From positions 13,454,001-13,518,000 of the forward strand of contig CM052826.1 in the NCBI GenBank assembly GCA_028534125.1: DNA of 64,000 nucleotides. The letters run 5' to 3'. Within the stretch, counting starts at the first letter, position 1; each line of letters starts with the position of its first letter. Under the pieces are notes generated by a model. It saw only the letters and a program-made list of their open reading frames with translations. It ran no database searches and was not told the DNA's origin. This document shows, piece after piece, positions 49,491 to 64,000 of this stretch. Source of the DNA: Lama glama (Eukaryota). The translations under genes were made by a program, and so were the position numbers.

Positions 49491-51325
49491 GGAAAGGAGG
49501 TGCAAAGGGAAAGGTGTGTGTCTGGTGCCTGGAAAGGGACCCCACAGGGTCTGGGGGAGATTGGGGGGTTATTGCCTGTGATAAGGTTACTGGGTTTGGT
49601 GACAATGGTTGTCATTTGGGGTGTATGGGAAATGCCACCATAAGCGCTTATCCTACCTGCCTCCACTTGAGCCCCACAGTCCCTGAAGAGGGTGGTGGGC
49701 AGCTTATGGGTCTGACCATGCCCCACCTCTGCTCACTCACCCTCCATGGCTCTCAGGTGCCAACTCTCCCCTCGCTCCCTTCAAAAAGGCTGTGACCCCA
49801 ACCCCCTCATTTTGCAGAGGGAGAAACTGAGGCTAAGAGGGGAAATGCCTTGCTGCTATTTGGGCTGGTCCATTTCGGAGCTGAGACAGAGAACCCAATC
49901 CTGGTTTAGAAGAGCACCTCTCCTGACCAGGGCCATGCCTCAGGCTTCCAACCTGAAGAATGGAAGCAGGAACCCATCCTCAGGGTTGTTGGGAGGGGCT
50001 ATAGCTCACTGGAGGACTGTGCCCTTAAGCTTTCTTGAGGCTCTGAACTACACTCAGAATAAAACCCACATCCTTGCCTCTTGCCTCCAAGGTCCAGACA
50101 CACTATTCTCCTTTGTCCTTGACCTGCCCTGCGTGGTCTCACCTCTGACCCTTTGTGTAGACTGCTCCCATTTCCTGCCCTCTTCCCTTCTCTTCATTCA
50201 AGGCTTGGCCTAAAAGGTTACCTCCTCCCACTCCAACACCCTGTTCTTTCTTCCTGTGCCCTTGTCACAAGGTGCGATCCCAGTGCTGGAGTGTGACACA
50301 TGCACTGATTAATCTGTGTAAGCAATGGGCCTGGGGATCCTCCCACCTTATGGCCACAGACTTAAGGCTCAGTTCAGAGGGGACAAGGTCTCAGGGACCA
50401 GGGCTTGTGTCCCATTTGTCTGCTGGAGAAGTTGCTTGAGACTCGCCTTTGGTCCATGGGGGAGCCTGTGCCTGATCCAGCAAAGACTCACTTGAGGGCT
50501 AACTGGAGCCCCAGAAGTGGGCTTCTCTCAGCCAGTCTCTTGGGGTGTGAGGCTCCAATCAGTGTCACAGGAGCAAGACAGGCTTGGGTTGAATTTCAGT
50601 CATGTCTTCTACCAGTTCTGTGCCTTGCCCAGGTGAGACCAAGCTGGCTGTGGCCACTGGCGAGAGCCCTCAGCTCCCAGGCCAGAGGCAGGGATGCCCT
50701 AATAACATGAAATAACAACAAAAAAAAGCACCTAGGAAAATGGGGTCACATTTTATGCACCTTGGAATTCGTCAGAGTGCTCACAGATCTCATTTTGTGA
50801 ATAAAACTTGAAAGTGTGTCAACCTCTGAAAAATAAATCTTCACTAGGAATTGTTGATTTCAGAGCCAGCTGGGTAGCTCCCACCTTCTGTGCTTAGAAT
50901 CTACATCTGCAACATCATGTCCTGCAGCAGACCCAGTGCCATGCCAAGCCTGAAAAGCACTCCAGAAAAGCCCACCCCTCTGGGACGGAGGCTGGTGATG
51001 GCCAGGAGCCAGCCTGAGGGGCAAAACCCACTGGATTGAAAATCCAGCCCACTCCCAATGCTGTGGGTAAACAGGCCACAAAGCTCCAGGTTCTGGTGGA
51101 GATGGAGGCCCAGAGGCAAGTGTGAGAAAGACTCCATACCTGTGGGAAGTGAGGTCTGAAAGAAGCCCAAAAGCGGGTATCCTATCCTTTGCTTTCCTGT
51201 TAACAAAGGTACCTTGTCATACTTTCCCAAGTCTTCAAGCTGCCCCAAAGTGGGGACAAAAACAATGCAGGAAAACCAGGGCGGAGGGGACAAAAGAAAA
51301 ACACAGCCAACACATCATCCATTTC

Positions 51326-54300
51326 TTTATTATCCTTCAGATTCTAAAACTTCCTCATGACACAATGTATAGCCATTGATTCCAGTCTGTTTATTGGAAC
51401 TTCTATCCCGGTTCAGTGGCCGACTTTTTTTTTTACATTTATTATCAAAGACTTAGAGTCACAATAAATACAAGTGACAACCTCCTCCCCTCAACCAAAA
51501 CAAACCACCTCCCAAATATCCTACACTAGTGTAACTGTCTAGTACACCTTTGTTAAGGATTATAAAACTTAAGCGGTCCTTTTAAAAAAAAAGCTCAGTC
51601 CGAGTTCTTTAGGCAAACACCATGTGCAGCATGACTAGGTATCAAAGAAAAACCCTATGGCAGAGCAGCAAGGACTATCTTTCATTATTTACACCCCTGT
51701 GATGAGAATTTATCATATAGAAAACTCCTCCCCATGTCTCTGCCCATAGGAGAGTGACACGTGGGACACAGGAGCCACAAGACACAGCAGGGGTGTATTG
51801 TCGCCTTTCATTCCCTCTGCACTAGAGTGAGCTTTTGCTTCATGTAGGTCTTAGAGCAGACAGGAGCAGAGCCATCCCCGCACCCACCACCTCCCAGAGA
51901 AAAGCCACTCTTGACCATATCAAAGGTTTGGGTCCCAACAGCACACATGGGATACTGGGGACTGGACTCCCCACAACATGGCCAGGATGGCCAGAGCCGT
52001 GGGCAGCTCCACGTAGACACATTCATCTGTGTGAGCATCCACGTGTACATGCAGGCCCACATACATGTAGCCGTTTCAGAGCTGCTCCCCCCACCGTCAA
52101 AATGGGGAAGTAAGCTCAGTGAACCCCACACCCCAGTTCATATAACAGCTGAGGTTCTGAGCAGTTTCCAGTTGCTTTTGGGGGTCCCTATCACACATTA
52201 CTGGGGATTTACAATCTTCAGTTGGGACTGGGGACTCCCACATTCTCATGGCTCCAGGGAACCAGGTCCTCTCAGCACAGGCTCCCAGAGCTGTGGCTGA
52301 TTTTGAGGGGTGGGCTTTGGGACTGGGAGAATACCCTTAACGTCCTTCCCAAACCCAGAGGTATTTAACGCCTTTTCTTGTAACATAAATTTCATCACAG
52401 AACCACTTCATTTGGGGCTTATCACAGAATTTACAGTGCAAAGGGGAAACTCAAGGGGAAAAAAAGGAGAAGTTTTGAGACAGTAAATGAACTAATAAAG
52501 ATTAAGGCATCTCACCTTCTTGACCCCTTTTTTAAAAAGCTACATTTACATCACAGCAAGTCCTTCCTATGGGAATGCTTCCAGAAATGCTGGGCTGGAG
52601 AAGGCAGAGGCAGGGTCAGAGCCTGGCCATCCTGCCCTCCGCCTGTGATCAGTTTAGACTGATCAACAACCTGGAAAAGTTTGGCCAGGTGAGGTGAGGT
52701 GGTTCCTGAGCATGGTGGAGAGTGAGGTTGAGGGAGATGGGGTTGGGAGCCAGCGTGTGTGGCTTGGCTCTGGGCCCTCGAGTTACAGACCCAGTCAATC
52801 CCTGTGGGGGTGCAACAATCGTGGTGCACCTCCCAGTGCAGAGGTGACCTTGGCCCAGACACCTGATCCCGACTTGCTGCATAGAACTGAGGTCAGTTTG
52901 CCAGGGGAGGCCAGCTGGGCACTCTTTCTTGGAGGATTTGGAAAATCTGGCCCATGTCATTAAACAGACAGAGCTAACAGCTCAGAGTAGTATAAGACAG
53001 GTATTTATTTGCCAGGCACACAGAAAAATGCGAGGAATAGAAATGCTTGCATACTCTTGATTTTTTGGTGTAAAAACACACCGTTCCCCACCCCCCTCCT
53101 GAAGGTCAATTTCCCTCCTTTCCCCCAATTCCCTGGATCTTGGAATGAAAGCCACCCTTTTCCTGCCCTCCCCTCCTTCAGCCCATCTACGTTATGCACT
53201 CAGAACAAAAATCAGTAAGAATCTTAGGTTTTACACAACAAAACATTAGAACGTTTTGCAAAACTAGGTCTTCTGCATGTCAAAAATGCTTTCTAAACAC
53301 TGATACACAACATGAGAGGGGGGTTAAATGAGCCTTTATTAGAATGTTGCAGCAGTGTAGTCAAAGAATATGGCCCTACAAAATAAGGATTTTAAATTAA
53401 GTCCCTAACTGCATGGATAGGAAAACCAGGGCTGGGGCTGAAGTGGGGAGCAGCGTACCCCATCTCCACACGCATGTGTGTGCACATGACACCCTGGCAC
53501 CTGCACAGAGCTGGCTCGTGTGCAGCACACACATAACAGCTTCTGCCTTTCCTCATGGACTGATTTTCAAGGAGTGGGAGAAAACAAACCAAAACACAGC
53601 TAAGAGCAGACCTGATCCTTTGTAAGACATTTCTGTAGACTCTAGAGGGTAAAAAAACAAAAACAAAAACAAAAAAACAAAACTGAAGGCAAACCCTGGC
53701 AGCATGGCCCTGCTTCAAGGGAAGGTTCTAAACTAGACCCGAACATAAACCCTGAAGTCGGGGGGGGGGGCACCTCCCCACCAGGACACACCTGACAGGA
53801 GCACAGGCCAGGGTTTAGGACGTTGTCCATCAAAATAAGTAGGAAAAGAAAAGGAAGATATTTAATAAAATAAACCACCACAACAACAAAAAAAAACACA
53901 ACAGCCAGCCCCTCCAACTTCCCACTCAGGCTCTGGATGTTGCTGCCAATTCTCTCTTCCCTCCTCCACTGGTGGCGCACGGCTTCCAGGTTCCCGGGCT
54001 CTCTGGCTGGGTCTGGGTTGCAGTTTGTTCTTCTGCTAAGTGTGGAAGGTCGGGGGTCTCCGGGACGAGCAGCAGCAGAGGCCTTCTGCTGGAGCACGGG
54101 CTGGGTGGTCTGCGGCCCACCCTCCAAGGCATGGGGGCCGTGCCTGGCAGGGAACCCTGGGTCTGCACGGTTTACATTAAACTCCATCATCGTGAGGTGA
54201 TTAAAAAAAAAAATCTGTCAACCTAGAGATTGCCATGAAGGAAGGCAGTCAAAGATTAGGAGGCTAAGATGGGGAAAAGCAAAAACAAAACAGAACGCTC

Positions 54301-54675
54301 CACTCAACTTCAGAAGCCCCGGGCGCCAGTCTTGCCCGAGCATGTCACAGTGTCTAGGGTGAGCCGTCCATGGGGGCCGAAGGGGAGCGCCAGGAGCAGA
54401 ACCAGCCCCCAAGGTCCGTTTTTCTGCTGGTGTTGGGCAAACTAAAGGCAAAGAAAGGAAGAAAGCCCACGGGAAAGGTCCCCCAGTAATAATCCTGGTC
54501 CACCTGTGAAGCGGCAACCCCTCAGCCGCGACGAGCCAAGATCGGAGCTCTCACTTCTGCAGCTGGGCCCGCGTTTGCTCGCCCTCTTGGGGAGCAGGGT
54601 GTCTTCCCAAGTGGAGGGTGGTGGGGCCAGGTGGGAGGGAGGAGGGAGCCTGTTCTCCACCGGGCCCGGCTCGCA
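51326..54675 (-). other. GATAD2A: GATAD2A long 3' UTR with several AATAAA signals
   Basis: U-rich on - and poor in repeats; AATAAA on - at 53335-53340, 53024-53029, 51438-51443, 51390-51395 and 51326-51331. Confidence 0.7.
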
Positions 54676-54806
54676 CTATTTCCACGTGGCCGACTGGGGG
54701 ATGGAGCGTGGCGGGATCATGTCCAGGAGGTACTCCCGCTGGCGGTCCACAGCTGAGGAGGTCTTGTGCACTGCCAAGCTTGGGCTGACGAATGCAAGGG
54801 CCCCAC
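54676..54806 (-). CDS. GATAD2A: GATAD2A last coding exon
   Basis: ctgttgcag|; [42 protein letters not shown]. Confidence 0.96.
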
Positions 54807-57155
54807 CTGCAACAGAGCAGAGCAACAGGCCACGACGGCACCAGTCGGAGAAGGCTCCTGGGAGAACCCCAGCCTCAGCTGGGCCAACTGAGCATGGATG
54901 GTACAAATCTTATCCTTGAAGCTGAAGAGAGCTTATTAACTCAATTGCCTTTACAATGTTCCCAGCCTCTGCCACAGTAGCCCTACATGTGGGGCAATAA
55001 TCAGAGATTCCATCAGCTACCAGAACTATGAAAACTGAGGTGTTAACTGCAGTGCTACTTAAAACAGCAAACAACTACAAATGACTGAACTGTGCAACAG
55101 GGCAATCCAGTATGATGGAATACTATATAGCCTTTACAACCTATCTCATCCTCAAAGAGTTTTTTAATGACACGGTAACATTCTCTCATTAAAACATTGA
55201 GAAGGACACAGAATGGCAAATACAGCATGATCCCTCTGTAGGACACATCCTGTTTTTTCTTTATTATTTACATGCTGGCCTTTACACACACGTGACATGT
55301 GAGTGAAGAGGCAGACCGGGGTGAAGTCCCTGTGTGCAGCAGTTGCTCTCCTGGTGTAGATGACAGCTCCTGCCATTATCCTCTCTCCATATTATCCACA
55401 TCTCCAGTCAACACATAATCACGTTTATACTTGGAAAATGAAGAAATGACCCCACCTCACCCTCCCATCCTCCAACCAGCACACTTAGGTTCTGGGCTGG
55501 CCTGGGGGTAAGGACTGCCCTGGAGTCCCAGCTGCAGCAGGGACCAGTCACTGTGTCACCAGAAGTATTTCTGGTGGGTTAATATATTTTGTGGAACAAG
55601 TGTTCCAAAGTCAAATGTACCACAGAGCCCTCCCTGTGCATTCAAGGGCAGCACTCCAGAAACCTGCTGGCCAGGTCCTGCCCAGTTTCCCTCAAACTAC
55701 CATCCAGAAAGCCAGGGTGACCAGGAGTGCTAGCAGAACTCTTCTGAGAAATGCTGTTCTTAAGCCATGACACTTTTACCTCCAATCCTACAAATAGTTG
55801 GACACAGCAACTATTTATGCCTTCACATTCCCTTTCAAACATTACCCTTAATGCGCACAATTTTCACACAGTTTTCTATCTATCACTGCGTATACACATG
55901 GACACTCGTATTTTACTTGACCCACTTATTTCATATACTTTCAAATTTCCCATGAAAGGAATTTCTGACCCGCTGGGAGTTCTTAGCTATAATCTTAAAC
56001 ATGCTGAGCAAAAGTATCTCTGCCTGGTTTGTTTACAAATGCTCTATGATCTCTGAAGAAGGCAGCTCAAATTCTTCTGAAGTTGGATGAACTTGCCTGA
56101 GCTTACTCTCCCCTGCGAGGTCTGATATTTGGGCGTGTTTCTAACTCATGGTCAGCTGCATGCACAGCTGGCTCTGTGTTCTGTTTGCACAGACAGCCCA
56201 GCTCTCCCAGTTCTGACTAGTGAGATGGACCTCACAACAGTGCCTCTCCTTCCTACAGGGATGCAGCGACCACGGAGGGCAGGGGAGACAGGACACTCGC
56301 TCCACTGAGAGCTCTCTCCCATCTCCTCCTCTCAGCGCTTTGTGCCTACATTTCACTTTCCCGTTTTTGATAGACACAAGAAATATTTAACTTCCATCTT
56401 AAGACCAGCAAATAATAAAAAACAGGAAAAATGGTGTGGGGGATGACCCAAGGACAACCCAGGAACAGTGGGGCTGTGGCAGATTGGGGAACAACCACCT
56501 AAGGGTCTCCTCTCCCCCAGGCTGCTCCTCAAATGCCAGCTTCTCAGAGGCCTTTGCTGCCCACCTCAATTAAAATCCCAGTTCCCGTCCCAGGGTCCCT
56601 CTCCTCCTGCCTGCTTTCTCATTCTATTTTGTACTTTGCACCACCTGACCTGTTCAAGGTAAAGGGCAGGAAGAGGGTTCCCACAAAGCAGGGAATGAAG
56701 GACACTGGATAAGCAAGAAATGAAGCTAGTGCACCGAGAAAGATACACTATAACAGCAAAGAGAGGCATTCTCTGCAGCAGGAGGGGTAGGGGGTGAGCT
56801 GGCGAAATGAGCATCTATGCTTATAGAGTCCACTGATCTTGGATGGCACTGCCTAAATTGGTTCTGCCACCAGTTTGGGGTCAAGCGCTGAGAGTCTGGG
56901 TGTAGAGGGTGGAGACACGAGGGTGATTAGTATTCACACAGGACTACCACTTGCTCAGGGATCCTATTTAGTGAATAGAAGAGACGAAGCTGAAGAATCA
57001 GAGGCAGCTGCTCTCAGGAAGCAGGTCTGTGGGTTCAGGAACCTTTGTGCCATTTCCATTCACTTGTGTGTGTGCACACGTCTTTGTTAAAAATAAGGAA
57101 GGGATGGACCCAATCCCAGCAAGGTCCCCGCTCTGAGCCCCATGGGGCTGCCCAC

Positions 57156-57351
57156 CTGTACTCAGGGGCGCCTTCTTCCAGTTGGAGGTGGCGTTGCCTT
57201 TGCCGGCGCTCACGGCTCTCTCGGAATGTCTGCCGGTCCTGCTGACAAGGGCTGTGGCCGAGGCTGCATTCTGCAGTTTGGGTGACTGGCTGAAAGTGTG
57301 CAGGATGCCTCGGGGCGTTGTGGCCGAGCCCCGGGACAGCTGGCTGGAGGC
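57156..57351 (-). CDS. GATAD2A: GATAD2A exon
   Basis: 196 bp, GT-AG; [65 protein letters not shown]. Confidence 0.93.
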
Positions 57352-57651
57352 CTACAGTGGAGAGAGGGTGCAACAGCTCATGTGGGGAAGGGGGCAACAG
57401 AGGGCAAGATGCTCAGCGCAGCCTCTCCTTGTTCTGGCTGACCTCTCCCCACCCACACGGGATCCCTAAAGTCCAAAATCAGGAGACTAGGTAAGTTACA
57501 CCGAGGCGCGGGGGGAAGAAGGAAGAGAGAGAGAGAGACAAACAGACAGACACAGGCAGCGTGACAGTCGGCGACGGACGTGGTCACGGTCTGGGGCGTG
57601 AGGGCTGGTTGATGGCGCGGTGCAGGGGGCTTCCGGCACCGCAGTTCTGAC

Positions 57652-57726
57652 CTGTAGCACAGCCCCGTTACTCCAGTCGCGGGCCTCTCCTGAGCGGAAC
57701 GCCAACTTACGCCGGGGTTTTATGAC
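57652..57726 (-). CDS. GATAD2A: GATAD2A 75-bp symmetric exon
   Basis: ttgtatag| and |gtcaga; [25 protein letters not shown], phase 0-0. Confidence 0.88.
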
Positions 57727-58247
57727 CTATACAAATGGGGGTTGAAATCGAGGTCAGCACTGTCCAGAGGCTGGCCTAGGGTGACCTAGAGTGACCAAAG
57801 GGCAGCAGCGTGGCTGCATGAGGCCCAGTCCCCACAGGATAGGAATTTCCTGAGGGCAGCACAGCTACCCACTACATAGGGATCTTGAGAAGATGTGTTT
57901 ATTAGTGAGTTTCAAAATGACTTCCAAGAACACAAAAAAATTGGGGTGGGAAAGCAAAGCAATTAAAAAAAAAAGCAGCCAAAAAAAACCACTTGACTTC
58001 AAACTTGCTTCTCTCCTTAATTTAGCTAGAACATTTCTTCCAAACGCCCCTTTGTATCTCAATGTGGCTTTCAGAAAAGTCCTTTTAGACAAGAAGCACT
58101 TGTCAGCCGGCACACTGCAAGTGAAAGCTACAAAATCTAAAGAAACTGCAAATTAGTATTTTCACCACCAAATGCCACCATTAAATGCAATTTAGATGCA
58201 CAGTTAACAACCAGGCAGATGATCGCCGAGTGTGGGAGAGAATGTCA

Positions 58248-58688
<441 letters not shown>

Positions 58689-60436
58689 TCAAAGGAACAG
58701 TGACATCACAGCCAGAGCCCCTACCACCCTCAAGGTGGGATGCAGATGCAGGTGGAGCAGGGGCAGCATCCTGGGCCATGTGGTTAATGATTGTTCATTC
58801 AGCAAACACGTACTGGGTGCCAAATGTGTGCGAACACTGGGCCAGCCTCAGGGAAGCTTTGCTGGCTGAAGCAAGGTTGAAGCACTTTAGAAAACACAGT
58901 GGGTTAGGCATCCTTGGTACCAACTCTCAAAGATGTTAGTGCTGTCAGCTTTGGCTTCTCCTGATAGTCTCTCCTACCCACAGTGCAATGTGAGACCTCA
59001 CAAGCAGCGTTTCCAACCCTTCTGTACTGCATCACCAGTGGAGAGGGAACAAGGACCACTCCAGGCCCCACCCTGTTGTGACAGGCACCCTTACTAGTGG
59101 GCAAGTTAACTAAGGACTAGTAGCCTAGGCGAGTGCTCATTCCGACAGGCACTGTGCCTGATGCCCTGTGGGTATCAGGGTGTCCAATTCTCACAAGAAA
59201 CTCCTGAAACGGTACCCTCACCCCACTGTCCTGGGGAAGAAACCGAGGCCAGAGAGATGAAGTAACCTGTGCACAACCAGTCAGAGGCGGGGCCAGGATG
59301 CACACCCAGTGCCCTGGGAGATGGGAACTCGGCATCACCTTAATCAGCCACAGGAGGGGTGACTGGGGAAGCCACAAAAAGCGCCCACTCAGCTATGGGG
59401 TCAATATTTTTGCCACTGAATGTGCAATAAGGGGTACCTTTTGCATTTCCCCCCTATCTTTTCTGTGTTCAGCACTCAAGAGTTTAATTGCCTCTTGGTA
59501 CTATGGACTCTTGGTGCTGAGAGACCTTCAGCCTCCGCATCCCACCTTGGGTCTGCCCGAGCTGCCCCTGACTGCAGAGAAGCTGCGTGGATCTGACTCT
59601 AGATCTGACTTCTAGTCACTAAATAAACAGACAGGATGTCACCTGTCCAAGCCACCCCCAGCTCCAGCCCCAGCCTATAGATAACACACTCTGGTAAGAA
59701 GTGTTCTCCTTCTACAAGTCCAGTCCCAGAGGACGTGGTACCTGCGTCCAGTCCACACCAGGCAGCTAAGGCCTGCGTGACCAGTGCCATAGCAGAGACA
59801 TCTCAAGCAGGATTCAGAGCCTCCACCCACAGTTAGGTCCTATTTTGGCAAAAGGAGAGAGTGACTGACCCGAGAATGAGAACAAGCAGAGACAGACTGA
59901 TTTGAGAGAGCAAACGGCCAGCACAGGCAAGTGCAGGAAGGGCGGACCTGGTGTCCTGGCTCAGGCCTCCTGCCTGCCGCACCAGCCTTGCAGCAGCAAT
60001 TTTGCCAGCTCTACCTCATCACAGAGGAGGCATTAAAGGGATCCAGATACACCCAGGCTGTGTCAGAGCCCACATCCCTTCCTACCAGCCTGGCTCTGAG
60101 GCCCTACCATCCCTTGAGACAACCTGACAGGTAGAGTCCACCAGGCCATCCCCTGCCCTAACCAGGTTATGGCCCTGCCGCCTCCTCAGCCCTGAGCATC
60201 TGGTAAGATCACTGGCTGCCCAACACATGTCACCACAGCTCAACCCCAGGGTGTAAGGTCTTCAACTCAGCATCTGCTGGAGGCTCCCTAAGGGCCAATC
60301 TGGCCCCCCATCTCTGGATCCAGTGTCACTTTTGATCACTACACTATACATGCCCTTTTATTCCTAAAACCTCCTAACCTACAGGTGTGCTTTCCAAATC
60401 GCTTCTAAGGAAGGTAATAAAGTGAACCTGGGGCCG

Positions 60437-60566
60437 GGGGAGGGTCCAGCTCAGTGGTAGGACGCACGCTCAGCATGCAGAAGGGTCCTGGATTTAATCC
60501 CCAGCGCCTCCATTAAAATAAACAAACCCAATCACCTTCCCCTCACAAAGAAACGAAATAAATACA
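60437..60566 (+). mobile_element. Diverged tRNA-derived SINE (Vic-1-like) in a GATAD2A intron
   Basis: ggggagggtccagctcagtggtag...; TSD-like aaagtgaacctg / acaatgaacctg. Confidence 0.8.
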
Positions 60567-60982
60567 ATGAACCTGATCCAGGCACGTGTGTCCCTCTCCC
60601 ACTTTGGGGACTCAGCACTCAAAGCTCCAGAAAGTTCTATCCTTGCATGATGACCACACACTTACCTGAGAGCCCAGTCTGGAAGTAAAGCCTGCCAGAC
60701 TCCTGCAGACTTCCTCCTCGCCTCCCTCTGTGGCACACCAACATCACAGGGCCATTGCCACTTGTTCCCCTGGACACACGCTAGGGGTCTCGGGCCTCAT
60801 CAGGACCCAGCTCTCAGAGGTGGCCAAATCAGAAAGAAGGTGCCTGTGATATGTTTAAAAAACTATCCCAAGCTCATAGTAAGTGAAGAACTGATGACAA
60901 AACATCCTTCATAACACATCCCAAAACAGCTGTGAGTACACAGAGGGCGTGCCAACATGCGCCTCACATCAGAAACAACCTA

Positions 60983-61432
<450 letters not shown>

Positions 61433-63165
61433 TTATAAAAGTAACCCCGAGCTGCCTGGGCAGGCTACAGGAAAAGCAGTATTAAACTCATCGCTCTACA
61501 AGATGACCAATCTTATAAATACATTTGTTGAGGTCTAGACAATATCTAATAAACCATAACTTTAAAGTCTGTAATTTGCTACGCTTGGCCACCTGAGGAC
61601 ACGCATGAAGCCATCACCATGACCAGGATAGTGGGTACCTCCCAGGCAATTGCCCACGCCCCCGGCCCCACCCAGAGACCCTGGCCACTATCTTGTCACT
61701 ATGGACTGGCTCTCTTTCTAGCAGAGGTCTGGACGGCCTGCTTTCTCAAAAGGTTGCAATGGTGGCTCACTGTGGCATCAATGGCATTTCCCTCATCTTT
61801 GCGTGGCTCTGCCCTTCACCCTTCTTGACCATCACTGCTCCTACATTACTTTATCATCTTCATCTGGACCCCAGTGACTGACCCTTCATCATCTCCTTGC
61901 TCCAGGCCACCTGCCCCTCAACACTTTCAAATGCTCTTCCCCAAACCTGCAGTTGACCATGCCAGTGCCCTTAGGTTTGTGGGGCTGAGAACTCTTACAG
62001 AAATCCAAGAAAAGTTGGGTATACATACCATCCTCCGGAAAATGCACACACCTGACAACCTGTACCTAACACATCATGGGGCTCAAGGAGCCCAGGATAC
62101 TTCCCTAAGACCCCGTCCAAAGGGTCTCCAGAGCCGAGCAAGACTCCCTGATACAGAGGATGCCATCACAAGCACCTGGGCCTGGCCATTCCGGTCGCTG
62201 ACCAGCCATTTCTTTCCTTTCCCCCTTGCAGGCTCCCCTGGCCCCACAAGGAGCAGTCACAGGCTCCACTGCTGCCTGCCTGGTTCCTGTCCTCACGGCA
62301 CAAGAACAGGGTCTGGCACACAGCAGGAATTTCATAAGCGTTTATGGAGTGGATGAAACTGCCTACACAGGTCAGTCTTTTGCTCTGTCCAGGATCCTCA
62401 TTTGGGTGGGAGGACTGGACTTGAATCTGACTTTAGAGGAGGGAAGGACGTTGCCCAGAGCGCTGCTGGCCATGCTCTTAACTGAGAAAGGCAGGCAAGG
62501 ACGCACCATGCCAAAGGAGGAAGAAACGCTAACTCGCACATCAACAAAAGCCTTTGCAGACCCAGTAATTTTATCTGCCAATGAGGAACTTGCTTCCATC
62601 CTGCTACCCCTTGTTCCATCGTCTCTGCTCTGTTGGGTGGTGACAAACCCTTCCATCTCAAAGGCTCTGCAGAGAGGTGAAGGGACACAGAACCAAAAAT
62701 AGACGCACTGGTGCTGTGAGGACATCTGCAGATGTTCTGCCTGCATGCTTGTGCCTGTAGGCGGGGAGGGCTCCAGTGCACCTCCCCACCCCAAGCAGGT
62801 TCTCCAGGTCCATCGGACACCTCACCTGGCCTCATCTATCCCCTAAAACCTGCTGTGTCCCACAGGCCAACTCTCCCCACCCTTCAACCTTCCCATATCT
62901 CAGCTCACCCTGAAATGTGCACCCCTCACCCTCTCAGCAGCTATCCAGCTCCGCTGGATGGTAGGTAGGAATACAAGACTCCTGCTCATGACATTCACGT
63001 CCCAAAAGGCTCCAAGGAGCTACAGTACAAACTTCTATGGGGCTGGATTATCCAAGGCCTTGCCTGGCCCCCAGGGAGAAGGCAGGTCACACACCACGGA
63101 GACATGACTATGTCCCAGGACTGCAGGCCATCACAGGGGTAGCTGCACACATACGCAACCCTCAC

Positions 63166-63333
63166 CTGTGGGATGTTAACGAGCAGACTAGTGTTGGGGA
63201 CATTGGCGACGCGGATGAGGCCCTGCTGGATGATCCTCTGTCCCTGAATTTGCACACTGGGCACCGATGCCCGGGGAGCCAGGAGGAGTGGCGGTGGCCC
63301 CGTGCTGGAATGTTGTCTGATGTTGTGGATTTG
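63166..63333 (-). CDS. GATAD2A: GATAD2A exon
   Basis: 168 bp, GT-AG; [56 protein letters not shown]. Confidence 0.94.
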
Positions 63334-63497
63334 CTGTCAGGGTGTGGTGGGGAGATAAAACGGTAAGAGGGATGACAGAAGAAGGCACAGAGAAAAGGTT
63401 CCCAAACAGAGGACTGGGTAAGGTCTCTCTCGAAGGTGGATGGTTGCTTGGGGCTGCCTAGATGCACCCCTGCTCCTTAAGCACTTGCTCTGCTCAC

Positions 63498-63629
63498 CTG
63501 GGCCCCCCTGACGAGCGGGGGCATGACGACCTGTGAGCTCGTCTGGGGCCCTAACTTCGAGGATGTCTGCTGCCCGCCACGGACCAGGGGTGGTGGGATG
63601 ACACTGCCAGGCATCCGAGTTGAAGAGGT
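63498..63629 (-). CDS. GATAD2A: GATAD2A exon with PPLVRG repeats; earlier exons lie outside the window
   Basis: 132 bp, GT-AG; [44 protein letters not shown]. Confidence 0.93.
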
Positions 63630-64000
63630 CTGTCAACAACACCAACTCTCAGATCTTACATGGTTTTTTAAACAAACAGGTTTGCTGTTTTTATAAAAGT
63701 ACATGCTCATTACTAAAAAGAAAAAGTAAGGCTGTAGAGAAAACAAAAGCCAAAATGCGTATTCTAAACACGAAAGAACCAGGAACACAGATTTTGGCAA
63801 GAGCCATGCAAACCTGGGCTCACTCAGGTCACGGTCCTACCACAGCAAGTCTAGCTAACCAGGACAGTACAACCTGCCTGGTATGAGCTGGGGGTTCGGG
63901 CCTGTTTGAAGGGAGGTGGGCCACGGCCAGAGCTCTGTCCTACAGCCAGGAGCAGGAGCTCTGCATCTCACCCTGTGGCCAGAGGAGGCAGTGAGCTGTG

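Overview
Mammalian, GC-rich, gene-dense DNA syntenic with human 19p13.11. The repeated ~150-bp tRNA-derived SINE resembles camelid Vic-1, so the species is probably alpaca or camel (inference). Gene order: 3' part of PBX4 (+, six exons, the first broken by an N-gap), an ~11-kb intergenic stretch, complete CILP2 (-, 8 exons, 1156 aa), complete YJEFN3 (-, 6 coding exons, 249 aa), complete NDUFA13/GRIM-19 (-, 5 exons, 144 aa), intronless TSSK6 (+, 273 aa, head-to-head with NDUFA13 in one CpG island), and the 3' part of GATAD2A (-, 7 coding exons plus a ~3.3-kb 3' UTR). Exon boundaries were read by hand from splice signals and checked for phase. Gene identities and all comparisons with human proteins come from recall, not from a database search. 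I found no convincing new multi-gene system. The best leads are: a stop-interrupted homologue of the human YJEFN3 long-isoform exon; a GC/GT tandem donor in YJEFN3; uORFs and an RFX/CRE module before TSSK6; an NRF1-motif cluster in the TSSK6 3' UTR; phase-compatible NDUFA13-YJEFN3 read-through junctions; and substitutions at conserved PBC positions in PBX4.
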